NCBI GenBank assembly: GCA_963801985.1
Contig: CAWDGV010000002.1
Span: forward strand, 152,037-176,036
Origin: an uncultured Gammaproteobacteria bacterium
Lineage (GTDB): Bacteria; Pseudomonadota; Gammaproteobacteria; Chromatiales; Chromatiaceae
Reading direction: 5' to 3'
DNA length: 24,000 bases
Below the pieces are notes generated by a model, which saw nothing but the letters and a program-made list of their open reading frames with translations, made no database searches and was not told where the DNA came from. A program made the translations under genes and the position numbers. The first letter of the stretch is position 1; the number at the start of each line of letters is the position of its first letter. Positions 7,370-16,045 of this stretch are shown here, one piece after another.

Positions 7370-8674
7370 ATGAATAAAACTAAAACATCAGTCCTTGGGC
7401 TGCTGATTCTGGTTGGTGCCGGCTATCTTTCAGCCAAGGCATACGTCTATTTCCAGACCAAGAGTAAAGTGGATGATGCCATCAGGCAGGCATCATTATT
7501 TGCTGATATTACCTATGATGGTATTTCCTCGGATTTACAAAAAGGTAGCGTCAGTATTAACCAGGTGTCCATTTCGCCACGGACTGTGCATGATGTTATC
7601 CAGGTCAGGGAGCTGAAAATGCAGGGTGATGGACCCATGTTCCTGTTTTCAGATACCTCCAAAATGGCCCAGCAGATGCCGGAATTTCTGGAAGTTTCGA
7701 TGAAAGGTTTACGTGTCAGTCTGGATGGCGAGCTCTATAGTAGCCTGGGAGCCATGGCTGCGGCCCAGGCAAAAGCACAAAACATTAAATTACCTGGCAG
7801 TTGTGAATTTGGCAGTTCCCTGTCTCCGGATGACCTGAAAGCACTGGGTTATGATGCCGTGTATGCGAATGCCTCATTTACCATTAACAATGACAAAATT
7901 GCCAGCAAGACCAAGGTAAGTGTCGACATGGATGTAGAAGACATGGCAGATGTTTCCATGACGATGACAATGCGTGGCAGCAGTTCACCAATGATGATGG
8001 CCATGGCACCCTCGGTCGACGAGATTCGCCTTGTTTATTCAGTTGACCAGGAATACATGAAGGGCGTTAAGAAATACTGTAGCAACCTGTTAAAAGTGTC
8101 CGAAGAGCAATATGTGGAATCTATCGTTAACGCCAGTGATGAGGATTACCAGCGTTTTTATGGTTTTATACCGGGCGAAGGTATCAGGCAGTCGATCAGG
8201 AGCTTCCTGCTGATGCCTGGCGAAGTTGATGTGCGCATGCGACCTTCACCCGATATCAATCCGGCAACAATCAAGCAGTATCAGCCTCAGGATATTGTCA
8301 GCCTGCTGGGCGTCAATCTTTATGTGAACGGTGAACCGGTTCAGGACCTGAATTTTACGGTTGATGAACAGTACAGTTCCCTGTTTGGTAACAAGGCTCA
8401 TGCTGAAGAAGAGTCAGCGGCTGATCAGCGGAAAAAAATCCAGGCAAGTTACGAGTTTCAGGAAACGGCTTTAAGCCAGCTTCCGCAGTACATTGGCGCT
8501 CAGGTGATTGTTACAACACGTGATGGCAAGGAGCGCCAGGGTGCACTGGTTTCAATAAATAAACAGACCGCGCAGATTGAACAGCGGATTCACAGTGGTA
8601 AATTTTCTGTGCATGTCCCTGTTGATCAGATCAGTAAATTACAGGTGCATCGCCTGAAACAGGAAATCAACTAA
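7370..8674 (+). CDS. Hypothetical protein with an N-terminal membrane anchor and no confident family assignment
   Basis: This is a 434-aa ORF filling the whole gap between the DJ-1 gene and ubiB. It has an N-terminal hydrophobic helix (VLGLLILVGAGYLSA). A Met-rich block lies at 7922-8020. The overall architecture is vaguely reminiscent of YdgA/DUF945-type anchored proteins, but I cannot confirm that by eye. Confidence 0.6.
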   Translation: MNKTKTSVLGLLILVGAGYLSAKAYVYFQTKSKVDDAIRQASLFADITYDGISSDLQKGSVSINQVSISPRTVHDVIQVRELKMQGDGPMFLFSDTSKMAQQMPEFLEVSMKGLRVSLDGELYSSLGAMAAAQAKAQNIKLPGSCEFGSSLSPDDLKALGYDAVYANASFTINNDKIASKTKVSVDMDVEDMADVSMTMTMRGSSSPMMMAMAPSVDEIRLVYSVDQEYMKGVKKYCSNLLKVSEEQYVESIVNASDEDYQRFYGFIPGEGIRQSIRSFLLMPGEVDVRMRPSPDINPATIKQYQPQDIVSLLGVNLYVNGEPVQDLNFTVDEQYSSLFGNKAHAEEESAADQRKKIQASYEFQETALSQLPQYIGAQVIVTTRDGKERQGALVSINKQTAQIEQRIHSGKFSVHVPVDQISKLQVHRLKQEIN

Positions 8675-8684
8675 AGCAATACGA

Positions 8685-10334
8685 TCAATTCTGGCTGTTT
8701 TTAAACAACAGGATCGCGAATAACAGTCCACCCAGTCCGCCACTGGAGCCTGCCAACAGGCTTGCCAGCGGACTGCTGCCTAAAGCAAATAAAACACTGC
8801 CGCTAATAACCAGGCTGCCAGCGGCGATTGCCGACAACATCTGCTTATGATTTGAATTGACTCGCTTTTGCAGTTGAGTCAGTTCTTCAGATTTCCACTG
8901 GATTTCCAGACGGCCTTCAGAGGCATCTTTCAACACCCGGTAAGCCAGTAGCGGGATTTCCGGTAATTGCTCGGACATCAGCGGCAGGTTTTCCTTAAAT
9001 CGCTTGGCAAAGGCGCGGGGCCCAACCTGCTGCTTGATCCAGGTTTCCATGAAGGGCTTGGCGGTCGTCCACAGGTCCAGCTCCGGATACAGCTGGCGAC
9101 CGAGTCCTTCAATATTCAAAAGTGTTTTTTGCAATAACACCAGCTGGGGCTGGACCTGCATGTCAAAGCGGCGGGCAACCTGAAACAGGCGTAACAGGAA
9201 ATGACCAAAAGAAATTTCGGCCAGCGGCTTTTCAAAAATTGGCTCGGAAACTGTGCGGATGGCTGCTTCAAACTCATCAATCCGCGTGCTGCGCGGTACC
9301 CATTCAGATTCAACGTGAAGTTCAGCTACACGGCGATAGTCACGATTGAAGAATGCCAGCAGGTTTTCAGCCAGGTAGCGCTGGTCTGCGGTCGACAGCG
9401 TACCCATGATACCGAAATCGACAGCGATATATTGTCCCTCGGGACTGACAAAAATATTACCCGGATGCATGTCTGCATGGAAAAAGTTATCACGGAAAAC
9501 CTGGGTAAAAAAGATTTCCACCCCGCGTTCGCCCAGCATTTTCATGCTGATACCCTGCTCATGCAGTGCATTAATGTTGCCCACGTTAGTGCCATGAATT
9601 CGTTCTATCACCATGACATCCCGACGACACAGATCCCAGTACACTTCTGGAACATATAATTGTTCCGAATTTAAAAAGTTGCGTCTTAGTTGTGAGGCGT
9701 TGGCGGCTTCACGCATCAGGTCGAGTTCATCAATAATAGTTTTGCGAAACTCGTCTGCGACCTCAACAGGACGGAGCCTTTTGGCTTCCTTGGAATATCG
9801 CTGTGCCAGCCTGGCAATTGTTGCCAGCAGGTTGACATCGCGTTGAATGATTTTCTCAATCCTGGGACGCAATACTTTGACAACAACTTTTGTGCCATCG
9901 AGCAGCGTGGCGGTATGTACCTGTGCTATCGAGGCTGATGCCAAAGGTGTTTCATCAAACTCGAGAAAAATATCCGAGATTTTCTGTCGAAAAGCGGATT
10001 CGATCTGCTTGACGGCTACATGCCCGGGAAAGGGCGGCACCCTGTCCTGCAGCTTGGCCAGTTCATCGGCAATTTCATCCGGTAGCAAGTCACGCCGGGT
10101 AGAAACCATTTGCCCGAACTTGACGAAGATTGGCCCAAGATCTTCCAGGGCGCGACGGATGCGTTCACCGTAAGGTGGACGCCTGCCGGCAGAGGCCCAG
10201 AAAAAGGGTGAAAGGAAGCGAAAGAAGCGAATGCCGCGGAACAGGTGGGCGGCCAGGATAACTTCATCCAGACCATGTCGCAGCAAAACCCAGCTGATGT
10301 GCAAGACCCGCATAGCATCAGACAAGCGTTTCAT
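8685..10334 (-). CDS. ubiB: Ubiquinone biosynthesis regulatory protein kinase UbiB (ABC1/ADCK family)
   Basis: This is a 549-aa ORF. The sequence FVKFGQMVSTRRDLLP...ASIAQVH...VVVKVLRP...HADMHPGNIFV...IAVDFGIMG, with a C-terminal hydrophobic tail, matches UbiB. It is last in the ubiE-ubiJ-ubiB order. Confidence 0.95.
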   Translation of the reverse strand: MKRLSDAMRVLHISWVLLRHGLDEVILAAHLFRGIRFFRFLSPFFWASAGRRPPYGERIRRALEDLGPIFVKFGQMVSTRRDLLPDEIADELAKLQDRVPPFPGHVAVKQIESAFRQKISDIFLEFDETPLASASIAQVHTATLLDGTKVVVKVLRPRIEKIIQRDVNLLATIARLAQRYSKEAKRLRPVEVADEFRKTIIDELDLMREAANASQLRRNFLNSEQLYVPEVYWDLCRRDVMVIERIHGTNVGNINALHEQGISMKMLGERGVEIFFTQVFRDNFFHADMHPGNIFVSPEGQYIAVDFGIMGTLSTADQRYLAENLLAFFNRDYRRVAELHVESEWVPRSTRIDEFEAAIRTVSEPIFEKPLAEISFGHFLLRLFQVARRFDMQVQPQLVLLQKTLLNIEGLGRQLYPELDLWTTAKPFMETWIKQQVGPRAFAKRFKENLPLMSEQLPEIPLLAYRVLKDASEGRLEIQWKSEELTQLQKRVNSNHKQMLSAIAAGSLVISGSVLFALGSSPLASLLAGSSGGLGGLLFAILLFKNSQN

Positions 10335-10951
10335 TTGCGGTTCTCCGCATTTTTTTGCAGACGCTTGATACGGGCAGCGAGGCGCTCCGTATCATCCCGC
10401 AGCTGATCGACATCATTATAAAAATTCTCGAGTTCGAACAGACCCGGCAGCAGGCGGGCTTCTTCCTGAAGGTATTCCTGCAGGTTCAGTCTGGCAGACA
10501 GGTTATTCCGATTAAACCAGCTTGATGTACTTCTGAAGGCAGTACCAACCTGGTGGGCGATGATATCGCCGGTTAAACGCGAAAGTTGCTCTTCCCAGTC
10601 GACATCCACCTGTTTGAGTATGCGGGTAAATTCCTGTGCCAGGGACGAATTGCCCTGGATTTCTATTTCACCCGAGAAAACCTGGTCAGCATTTTCAGAT
10701 TTACTGCTTCGTAACAATGAAAGTGGGGAGCCTTTTACCAGGCAGTCGGCCTTACCCTCTACCTGGCTGAATACCTGCACCTGGCCTTTTTGATCCGGAA
10801 TAATGAACAGTTGGATAGCGGTACCGGATAAATCAAAACCGATGACAGCGCCATGTAGTTTAGCCAGTTGCCGGCTTATCTCCGGGTCGAGTGACAGGTA
10901 TTGGTTAAATGCTGCTTCCAGCGCCTGGTAACTGGCATCCTGAACAGTCAT
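10331..10951 (-). CDS. ubiJ: Ubiquinone biosynthesis accessory factor UbiJ (SCP2 domain)
   Basis: This is a 206-aa ORF between ubiE and ubiB, with a 4-nt ATGA overlap onto ubiB. It has an N-terminal SCP2-like region and a C-terminal charged helix (DDTERLAARIKRLQ), as in YigP/UbiJ. Confidence 0.8.
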   Translation of the reverse strand: MTVQDASYQALEAAFNQYLSLDPEISRQLAKLHGAVIGFDLSGTAIQLFIIPDQKGQVQVFSQVEGKADCLVKGSPLSLLRSSKSENADQVFSGEIEIQGNSSLAQEFTRILKQVDVDWEEQLSRLTGDIIAHQVGTAFRSTSSWFNRNNLSARLNLQEYLQEEARLLPGLFELENFYNDVDQLRDDTERLAARIKRLQKNAENRK

Positions 10952-10959
10952 GACATCAC

Positions 10960-11709
10960 TCAGAATTTAAAACCGCGGTGTACTGCAACGATGCCACCAG
11001 TCAGGTTGTGATAATCGCAATTCTCAAAACCGGCCTGTGACATCATGTCTTTTAATGTTTCCTGGTCAGGATGCATGCGAATGGATTCAGCCAGGTAACG
11101 GTAACTGTCTTCATCATCAGCGATAATTTTGCCAATCTTGGGCAGCAGTTTGAATGAATAGAGGTCGTAGAGGGTTTGCAACGGCTTGCTGGTTGGGTGG
11201 GAAAATTCCAGTACCAGTAAGCGACCACCGGGCTTGAGTGCCTTGTAGATGGATTCCAGTGCCTGTTGTTTGTCGGTAACGTTACGCAGGCCAAAGCCAA
11301 TGGTGATGCAGTCAAAGGTATTATCGGGAAAAGGCAGTAACTGGGCGTTGATCTGTGCATAGGCAATATTACCCACATGACCTTCATCCAGCATGCGTGA
11401 ACGCCCCTGTTGCAGCATGGCGGCATTAATATCGGACATGATGACCTGTCCGTCGGCGCCAACCAGACCTGAGAAGCGGGCTGCCAGGTCACCGGTGCCG
11501 GAAGCCAGGTCCAGTACTTTATGGCCATTGCGGATACCGGCCAGTTCAACGGCGAAACGTTTCCAAAGACGGTGAACGCCTATCGACATCAGGTCGTTCA
11601 TGATGTCGTATTTACTGGCTACTGAATCAAAAACGCCGCGGACACGATCTGCCTTTTCATTGACATCGACTGTTTCAAAGCCAAAGTGGGTTTTATTCTG
11701 TTCAGTCAT
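10960..11709 (-). CDS. ubiE: Ubiquinone/menaquinone biosynthesis C-methyltransferase UbiE
   Basis: THFGFETV...[24 protein letters not shown]...[12 protein letters not shown]...FGLRNV is the classic UbiE signature. I placed the start at the second ATG (11709) because a GGAG lies 6 nt upstream of it. The ORF-track ATG at 11721 overlaps that GGAG. Confidence 0.93.
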   Translation of the reverse strand: MTEQNKTHFGFETVDVNEKADRVRGVFDSVASKYDIMNDLMSIGVHRLWKRFAVELAGIRNGHKVLDLASGTGDLAARFSGLVGADGQVIMSDINAAMLQQGRSRMLDEGHVGNIAYAQINAQLLPFPDNTFDCITIGFGLRNVTDKQQALESIYKALKPGGRLLVLEFSHPTSKPLQTLYDLYSFKLLPKIGKIIADDEDSYRYLAESIRMHPDQETLKDMMSQAGFENCDYHNLTGGIVAVHRGFKF

Positions 11710-11771
11710 TGTCTGCTCCATTACCAGTAACCATCATACCAAAGATGGTCTGTGTGTCTGTACAAGGTCGT

Positions 11772-11793
11772 CTGCAGCCATGGATGGCTGCAG
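11772..11793. other. Perfect 9-bp-stem hairpin CTGCAGCCA-tgga-TGGCTGCAG in the DUF971/ubiE intergenic region
   Basis: The inverted repeat was read directly from the sequence. It lies 73 nt downstream of the DUF971 stop on the minus strand, but no U-tract follows, so it is not a canonical intrinsic terminator. Confidence 0.4.
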
Positions 11794-11865
11794 CGAGCCC
11801 CCATGGATGGGTTTACGGCGTACCTGGTGCAGGCATACCAATCATCTTTGAAAGATAGGTTTCGG

Positions 11866-12231
11866 TTAACTTGCCTGTTTTCTTTTATGCCCGGCAGCTT
11901 CCAGTTTTTTCAGGTAAGCGGCCCAGATCTCGTCGTAATTGGCACCCAGTTTGTACAGGGTTTCCCAGGAATATATGCCGGTATTGTGCTCGTCATCAAA
12001 GTACAGGCATACCGCGTAGTTGCCAACGGGTTCGATTCGGTCAATATTCACATTTTCCTTACCGACCTGTAATACAGCCTGGTCTTCAGTATGCCCCTGT
12101 ACTTCTGCTGAAGGGGAATTAACCCGCAGGTATTCACAGGGTAGTTTAAAATTGGAACCGTCTTCAAAGGTAATTTCCAGCACCTTGGATTCGCGGTGCA
12201 GGTTAAGCTCTGTAGGGACTGGATGTGACAT
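11866..12231 (-). CDS. DUF971 domain protein (gamma-butyrobetaine hydroxylase-like N-terminal domain)
   Basis: This is a 121-aa ORF. The sequence LEITFEDGSNFKLPCEYLRVNSPSAEVQGH...IEPVGNYAVCLYFDDEHNTGIYSWETLYKLG matches the DUF971 pattern. Confidence 0.75.
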   Translation of the reverse strand: MSHPVPTELNLHRESKVLEITFEDGSNFKLPCEYLRVNSPSAEVQGHTEDQAVLQVGKENVNIDRIEPVGNYAVCLYFDDEHNTGIYSWETLYKLGANYDEIWAAYLKKLEAAGHKRKQAS

Positions 12232-12297
12232 AGAATGTACTCCGGGTATTAATCAAATAAACCTTTAATGATCTGCAAAGATCAAAATAGATGTAAT

Positions 12298-13635
12298 TTA
12301 TAAAATATATCGGGTTAGATCTTCATTTGTTGCCAGCTCTGACAACTGCGAATCCACATAATTCTTATCGACAGTCAGTGCTTCACCTGCACGGTCAGTC
12401 GCTTCAAAAGAAATATTTTCCAGCAGCCTTTCCATGACCGTGTGCAGGCGACGGGCACCGATGTTTTCAGTGCGTTCATTGACCTGCCAGGAGACTTCTG
12501 CGATTTGCTTGATGCCGTCTTCAGAGAAATCCAGCTGCATGCCTTCTGTTGCCAGCAAAGCCTGGTACTGCTCGGTCAGGGAAGCATCCGGTTCAGTCAG
12601 GATACGGGTAAAGTCATCGCTGCTCAAAGCGGCCAGTTCAACCCGGATCGGCAAACGTCCCTGCAACTCGGGAATCAGGTCAGATGGCTTGGACAGGTGG
12701 AAAGCGCCCGAGGCAATAAACAGAATATGATCGGTCTTGACCATGCCATGCTTGGTGGAAATGGTGCAGCCTTCAACCAGCGGCAAAAGGTCTCGCTGTA
12801 CACCTTCACGGGATACATCGGCACCCTGGGTTTCTGAGCGGCTGGCTACCTTGTCCAGTTCGTCTATGAAAACGATGCCGTTCTGCTCAACATTTTCGAG
12901 GGCATTCAGTTTCAGTTCGTCTTCATTAACGCGCTTGGCCGCTTCTTCATCTTCCAGCATGACTAAAGCGTCCTTGATACGCACTTTTTTCTTGTTGGTC
13001 TTGCCGCTGCCCATATTCTGGAACAAGCCCTGTAACTGGTTGGTCATTTCTTCCATGCCGGGAGGCGCCATAATCTCGACCCCGATTTGGGGTGAAGAAA
13101 CATTGATTTCAATTTCTTTATCATCCATATCACCATTGATGATACGGGTGCGGAACTTGTCCCGTGTCGATGAACTGGCTGGTGTTGCCTGGCTTTCCTC
13201 TTCCCAGCTGGTTGTGGTGGGTTGAGGTAACAATACGTCGAGTACACGCTCCAGTGCAGCATCCTTGGCAGCGCCACGGACCTTGTCCATTTCCTGCTCA
13301 CGGGTCATTTTTACGGCAGAGTCGGTCAGGTCACGAATAATGGAATCCACTTCACGTCCGACATAACCAACCTCGGTAAACTTGGTGGCTTCGACCTTGA
13401 TAAAAGGTGCATTGGCCAGTTTTGCCAGGCGTCGGGCAATTTCAGTTTTGCCAACTCCGGTGGGGCCAATCATTAAAATATTCTTGGGCGTTATCTCGTT
13501 GCGCAGGGATTCATCGACTTGCATGCGTCTCCAGCGGTTGCGCAATGCAATGGCGACAGCGCGCTTGGCATCAGTCTGGCCAATGATATGTTTGTCCAGT
13601 TCCCTGACAATTTCCTGGGGTGTAATTGCTGACAT
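12298..13635 (-). CDS. hslU: ATP-dependent protease ATPase subunit HslU
   Basis: This is a 445-aa ORF. The sequence [31 protein letters not shown]...[41 protein letters not shown]...[10 protein letters not shown] supports the call. Confidence 0.97.
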   Translation of the reverse strand: MSAITPQEIVRELDKHIIGQTDAKRAVAIALRNRWRRMQVDESLRNEITPKNILMIGPTGVGKTEIARRLAKLANAPFIKVEATKFTEVGYVGREVDSIIRDLTDSAVKMTREQEMDKVRGAAKDAALERVLDVLLPQPTTTSWEEESQATPASSSTRDKFRTRIINGDMDDKEIEINVSSPQIGVEIMAPPGMEEMTNQLQGLFQNMGSGKTNKKKVRIKDALVMLEDEEAAKRVNEDELKLNALENVEQNGIVFIDELDKVASRSETQGADVSREGVQRDLLPLVEGCTISTKHGMVKTDHILFIASGAFHLSKPSDLIPELQGRLPIRVELAALSSDDFTRILTEPDASLTEQYQALLATEGMQLDFSEDGIKQIAEVSWQVNERTENIGARRLHTVMERLLENISFEATDRAGEALTVDKNYVDSQLSELATNEDLTRYIL

Positions 13636-13657
13636 CTAAATTTCCATAAAAAAATGA

Positions 13658-14203
13658 TCAGTTATCTGAATCAAGTTCTTCGATAACACGGTTCTGGTTA
13701 GTGTACACACAGATATCACCGGCGATCTTCAGGCCTTTTTCGACAATATCACGTGCGGACAATTCCGTATTTTCCAACAGCGCGGTAGCCGCTGCCTGTG
13801 CATAGGGACCGCCGGAGCCGATTGCCATGAGGCCATTTTCCGGTTCTATGACATCGCCGGTACCTGAAATAATCAGTGAGGCACTGTGATCTGCAACAAC
13901 CAGCAGGGCTTCCAGGCGGCGCAGCATACGATCGGTGCGCCAGTCTTTGGCGAGTTCAACAGCAGAACGCGTCAGGTGGCCGGAATGTTTTTCCAGCTTG
14001 CTTTCGAAGCGTTCAAACAGGGTAAAGGCGTCGGCGGTGGCTCCGGCAAAACCGGCCAGTACATTGTCGTGATATAAACGACGCACCTTGCGGGCATTGC
14101 CTTTCATTATGGTATTGCCCATGGAAACCTGTCCATCGCCTCCGACAACAACCTTGCCATGTCGACGTACAGACAAAATGGTAGTACTGCGAATTTTTTC
14201 CAC
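13658..14203 (-). CDS. hslV: ATP-dependent protease subunit HslV
   Basis: [38 protein letters not shown]...[17 protein letters not shown]...[13 protein letters not shown] matches HslV. The ORF opens with GTG and has six residues (MEKIRS) before the catalytic Thr pair. Confidence 0.93.
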   Translation of the reverse strand: MEKIRSTTILSVRRHGKVVVGGDGQVSMGNTIMKGNARKVRRLYHDNVLAGFAGATADAFTLFERFESKLEKHSGHLTRSAVELAKDWRTDRMLRRLEALLVVADHSASLIISGTGDVIEPENGLMAIGSGGPYAQAAATALLENTELSARDIVEKGLKIAGDICVYTNQNRVIEELDSDN

Positions 14204-14270
14204 TTGTTTTTCCTGCTTTCAGGCCTGCTGATTTATGAAGAGGCGTAATTTTACCCGAAAATAGAGACAA

Positions 14271-14291
14271 AAACGCCTGTTTTTAGCGTTT
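14271..14291 (-). terminator. Weak candidate intrinsic terminator downstream of xerC
   Basis: The minus-strand sequence reads AAACGC-taaaaacag-GCGTTT followed by TTGTCTCTATTTT. The stem is only 6 bp and the loop is 9 nt. It starts 30 nt after the xerC stop. Confidence 0.25.
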
Positions 14292-14320
14292 GAATTCATT
14301 TGGCTGGCAGCAGCAACTGA

Positions 14321-15239
14321 TCAGGACTTTTTTTTCCTTTTGGCACGTGGGTGTGCCTGGTCATAAACCTGCGCCAGGTGCTGAAAATCCAGGTGTGTAT
14401 AAATCTGGGTGGTGCTGATATTGGCATGGCCAAGCAATTCCTGCACAGCGCGCAAATCACCGGATGATTCCAGCAGATGGCTGGCAAACGAGTGCCTCAG
14501 CATATGTGGATGCAGGTGCTGGTTACTAGAATGCAACACAGCCTGGCGTGACAGCCGTTGTTCGACGGTGCGTCGTGAAATACGATTACCCCGTTTGCTG
14601 ACGAACAGAGCCGGTTCCTGTTGCGCGGCGATTTCCTTGCGACGATCCAGCCAGTGTTTCGATAGCCTGGCGTGCCATCTGGCCTATGGGCACGATGCGG
14701 GTTTTGTTGCCTTTACCGGTGACTTCCAGCATGTCGTTTTCAGCGGGAAGTTCCTGCAGGTTAATAGAAACCAGTTCAGAAAGTCGTAGCCCTGAGGAAT
14801 AAAACAGTTCCATCATGGCCAGGTCACGAATATCCAGAATGTCATCGCTACCAGGCCTGAGTAACTGGGTGACCTCGTCAACGTTCATTGTTGATGGCAG
14901 TTTGCGCTTTACCTTGGGTGCGCGGATTCCCTGTGCCGGGTTGTTGTCGGCCAGGTTTTCGCGCAACAGGTATTGGTAAAAACTGCGTATCGAAGAGAGA
15001 TGGCGTTGCAGGCTTTTGGCGGCAATACCCTGACGATGACGGCTGGCAATGTATTGTCTGACGTTATGCTGTTTAATATCTTCCCAGTCAGCAAGCTGGT
15101 TTTCTTCCAGCCACTGCTGGAATTGCCGCAGGTCTCGGCTGTAGTTATCGAGAGTGTGGGAAGATGACTGTTTTTCGTGGCGAAGATAATTCAGAAACGA
15201 TTTTATTTCTGCGTTTGCTGAATCTACTTTGTTGCTCAT
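14321..15239 (-). pseudogene. xerC: Tyrosine recombinase XerC, interrupted by a +1 frameshift (or an assembly indel)
   Basis: The N-terminal piece runs from the ATG at 15239 (MSNKVDSANAEIKSFLNYLRHEK...[20 protein letters not shown]) and goes out of frame near 14657. The C-terminal catalytic piece ([35 protein letters not shown]...[42 protein letters not shown]) is in the next frame and ends at 14321. Deleting one T from the TTT at 14657-14659 joins them as AIEHWLDRR, matching the E. coli XerC IEHWLD. The position after dapF and DUF484 is also conserved. Confidence 0.85.
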
Positions 15240-15379
15240 GCAGGTAATACTACTATACGGGTGAAATTTTTGTTCTCTGGCCAGGCGAAAAACGTAGGAA
15301 GCAAAGGAGTTTATGCTCAAATAATCGACTGAGCGAGTACGTTTTTTTAACGCAGGAAGAGGACAAAAAGACGCCCGAA

Positions 15380-16045
15380 TCAGGCTGGCAGTTCGACTGC
15401 TTCAAACGCCTTGGTGACGATATCACCAAGCCGCCTGAGAAAATCCGTCCCCTGGCCACAGTGAAAGTGTTCGGGATCGCTGTTGCCGATAGCCAGAATA
15501 CCACTGATATTAATACCATCCAGTGGCACCAGGGCAACCGAGCCGGCATCATGCGTCAGGTTACCAAACAGATATTCAAGCTGGGATGCATCGACAGGGC
15601 CGCACTTGGGGCGGCCATCCTTCATTAACCGGCTGAACAGGGCAGGACTTGGACTGCCTTTGACCGCCTCCTTTTTCAGGTCGGCACTGGAAAACAGCTT
15701 GACCTCAACGGCATCGGCATTGAACTGGTCGCGTAAATGGTTTTGCAGGGTGTCAATGACATCATCCAGCGAGGCGGCATCAAACAATTCCAGCGTCATT
15801 CGGTGCAGGCGCGTGTTAAGCGATTCATTTTCACGCGCGATATCGATCAGTTCGAGCAATTGGTTATGATAATCGTTAGCGCGGTTACGCAAGGTACTAA
15901 CCTGCCGTTCAACCAGGGAAACCGCACCACCCGTATGATGAGGTAGTTTCAGGTCCGCAAGCAGTTCTTCATGGCTAACGAAAAATTCTGGATTGTCTTT
16001 CAGGTAATCGATGACCTGCTGTTCCTGCGTATCCTGACTGCTCAT
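15380..16045 (-). CDS. DUF484 family protein (YigA-like)
   Basis: This is a 221-aa ORF. The sequence VIDYLKDNPEFFVSHEELLADLKLPH..GGAVSLVERQVSTLR is the DUF484 N-terminal signature. The gene sits between dapF and xerC, as in E. coli and Pseudomonas. Confidence 0.8.
   Translation of the reverse strand: MSSQDTQEQQVIDYLKDNPEFFVSHEELLADLKLPHHTGGAVSLVERQVSTLRNRANDYHNQLLELIDIARENESLNTRLHRMTLELFDAASLDDVIDTLQNHLRDQFNADAVEVKLFSSADLKKEAVKGSPSPALFSRLMKDGRPKCGPVDASQLEYLFGNLTHDAGSVALVPLDGINISGILAIGNSDPEHFHCGQGTDFLRRLGDIVTKAFEAVELPA

Noticed and set aside
7922-8020. The GTCGAC-bounded 93-nt block as an engineered insert or cloning scar.
   Set aside because: GTCGAC simply encodes Val-Asp in frame, and two chance occurrences of a 6-mer about 100 bp apart are not remarkable. 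No vector-like sequence is present. I kept it only as a note under the Met-rich block finding.
9201-9659. A 152-aa plus-strand ORF inside ubiB, and a 165-aa alternative-frame ORF in ubiE (11052-11549).
   Set aside because: These are shadow ORFs within highly conserved genes, with no independent support.
12737-13225. A 162-aa ORF on the plus strand, antisense to hslU.
   Set aside because: It lies entirely inside the strongly conserved hslU gene. Its Ser/Leu-rich, low-complexity translation has no recognisable motif. It is a typical shadow ORF.
14204-14270. A sigma-32 heat-shock promoter upstream of hslVU.
   Set aside because: One is expected from E. coli biology, but I could only find a poor CTTCATA match to CTTGAAA, with no convincing CCCCAT-type -10 at the right spacing. 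I therefore did not annotate it.
14321-15239. The tyrosine recombinase as a marker of an integrated mobile element or genomic island.
   Set aside because: The sequence and the dapF-DUF484-xerC synteny identify it as chromosomal XerC, not a phage integrase. No tRNA, direct repeats or cargo genes flank it.
15240-15320. An upstream ATG extension of xerC (MSINSFASYVFRLAREQKFHPYSSITC...).
   Set aside because: XerC homologues begin near the MSNKVD... region, and the extension has no conserved character. The 140-bp DUF484/xerC gap is treated as non-coding.
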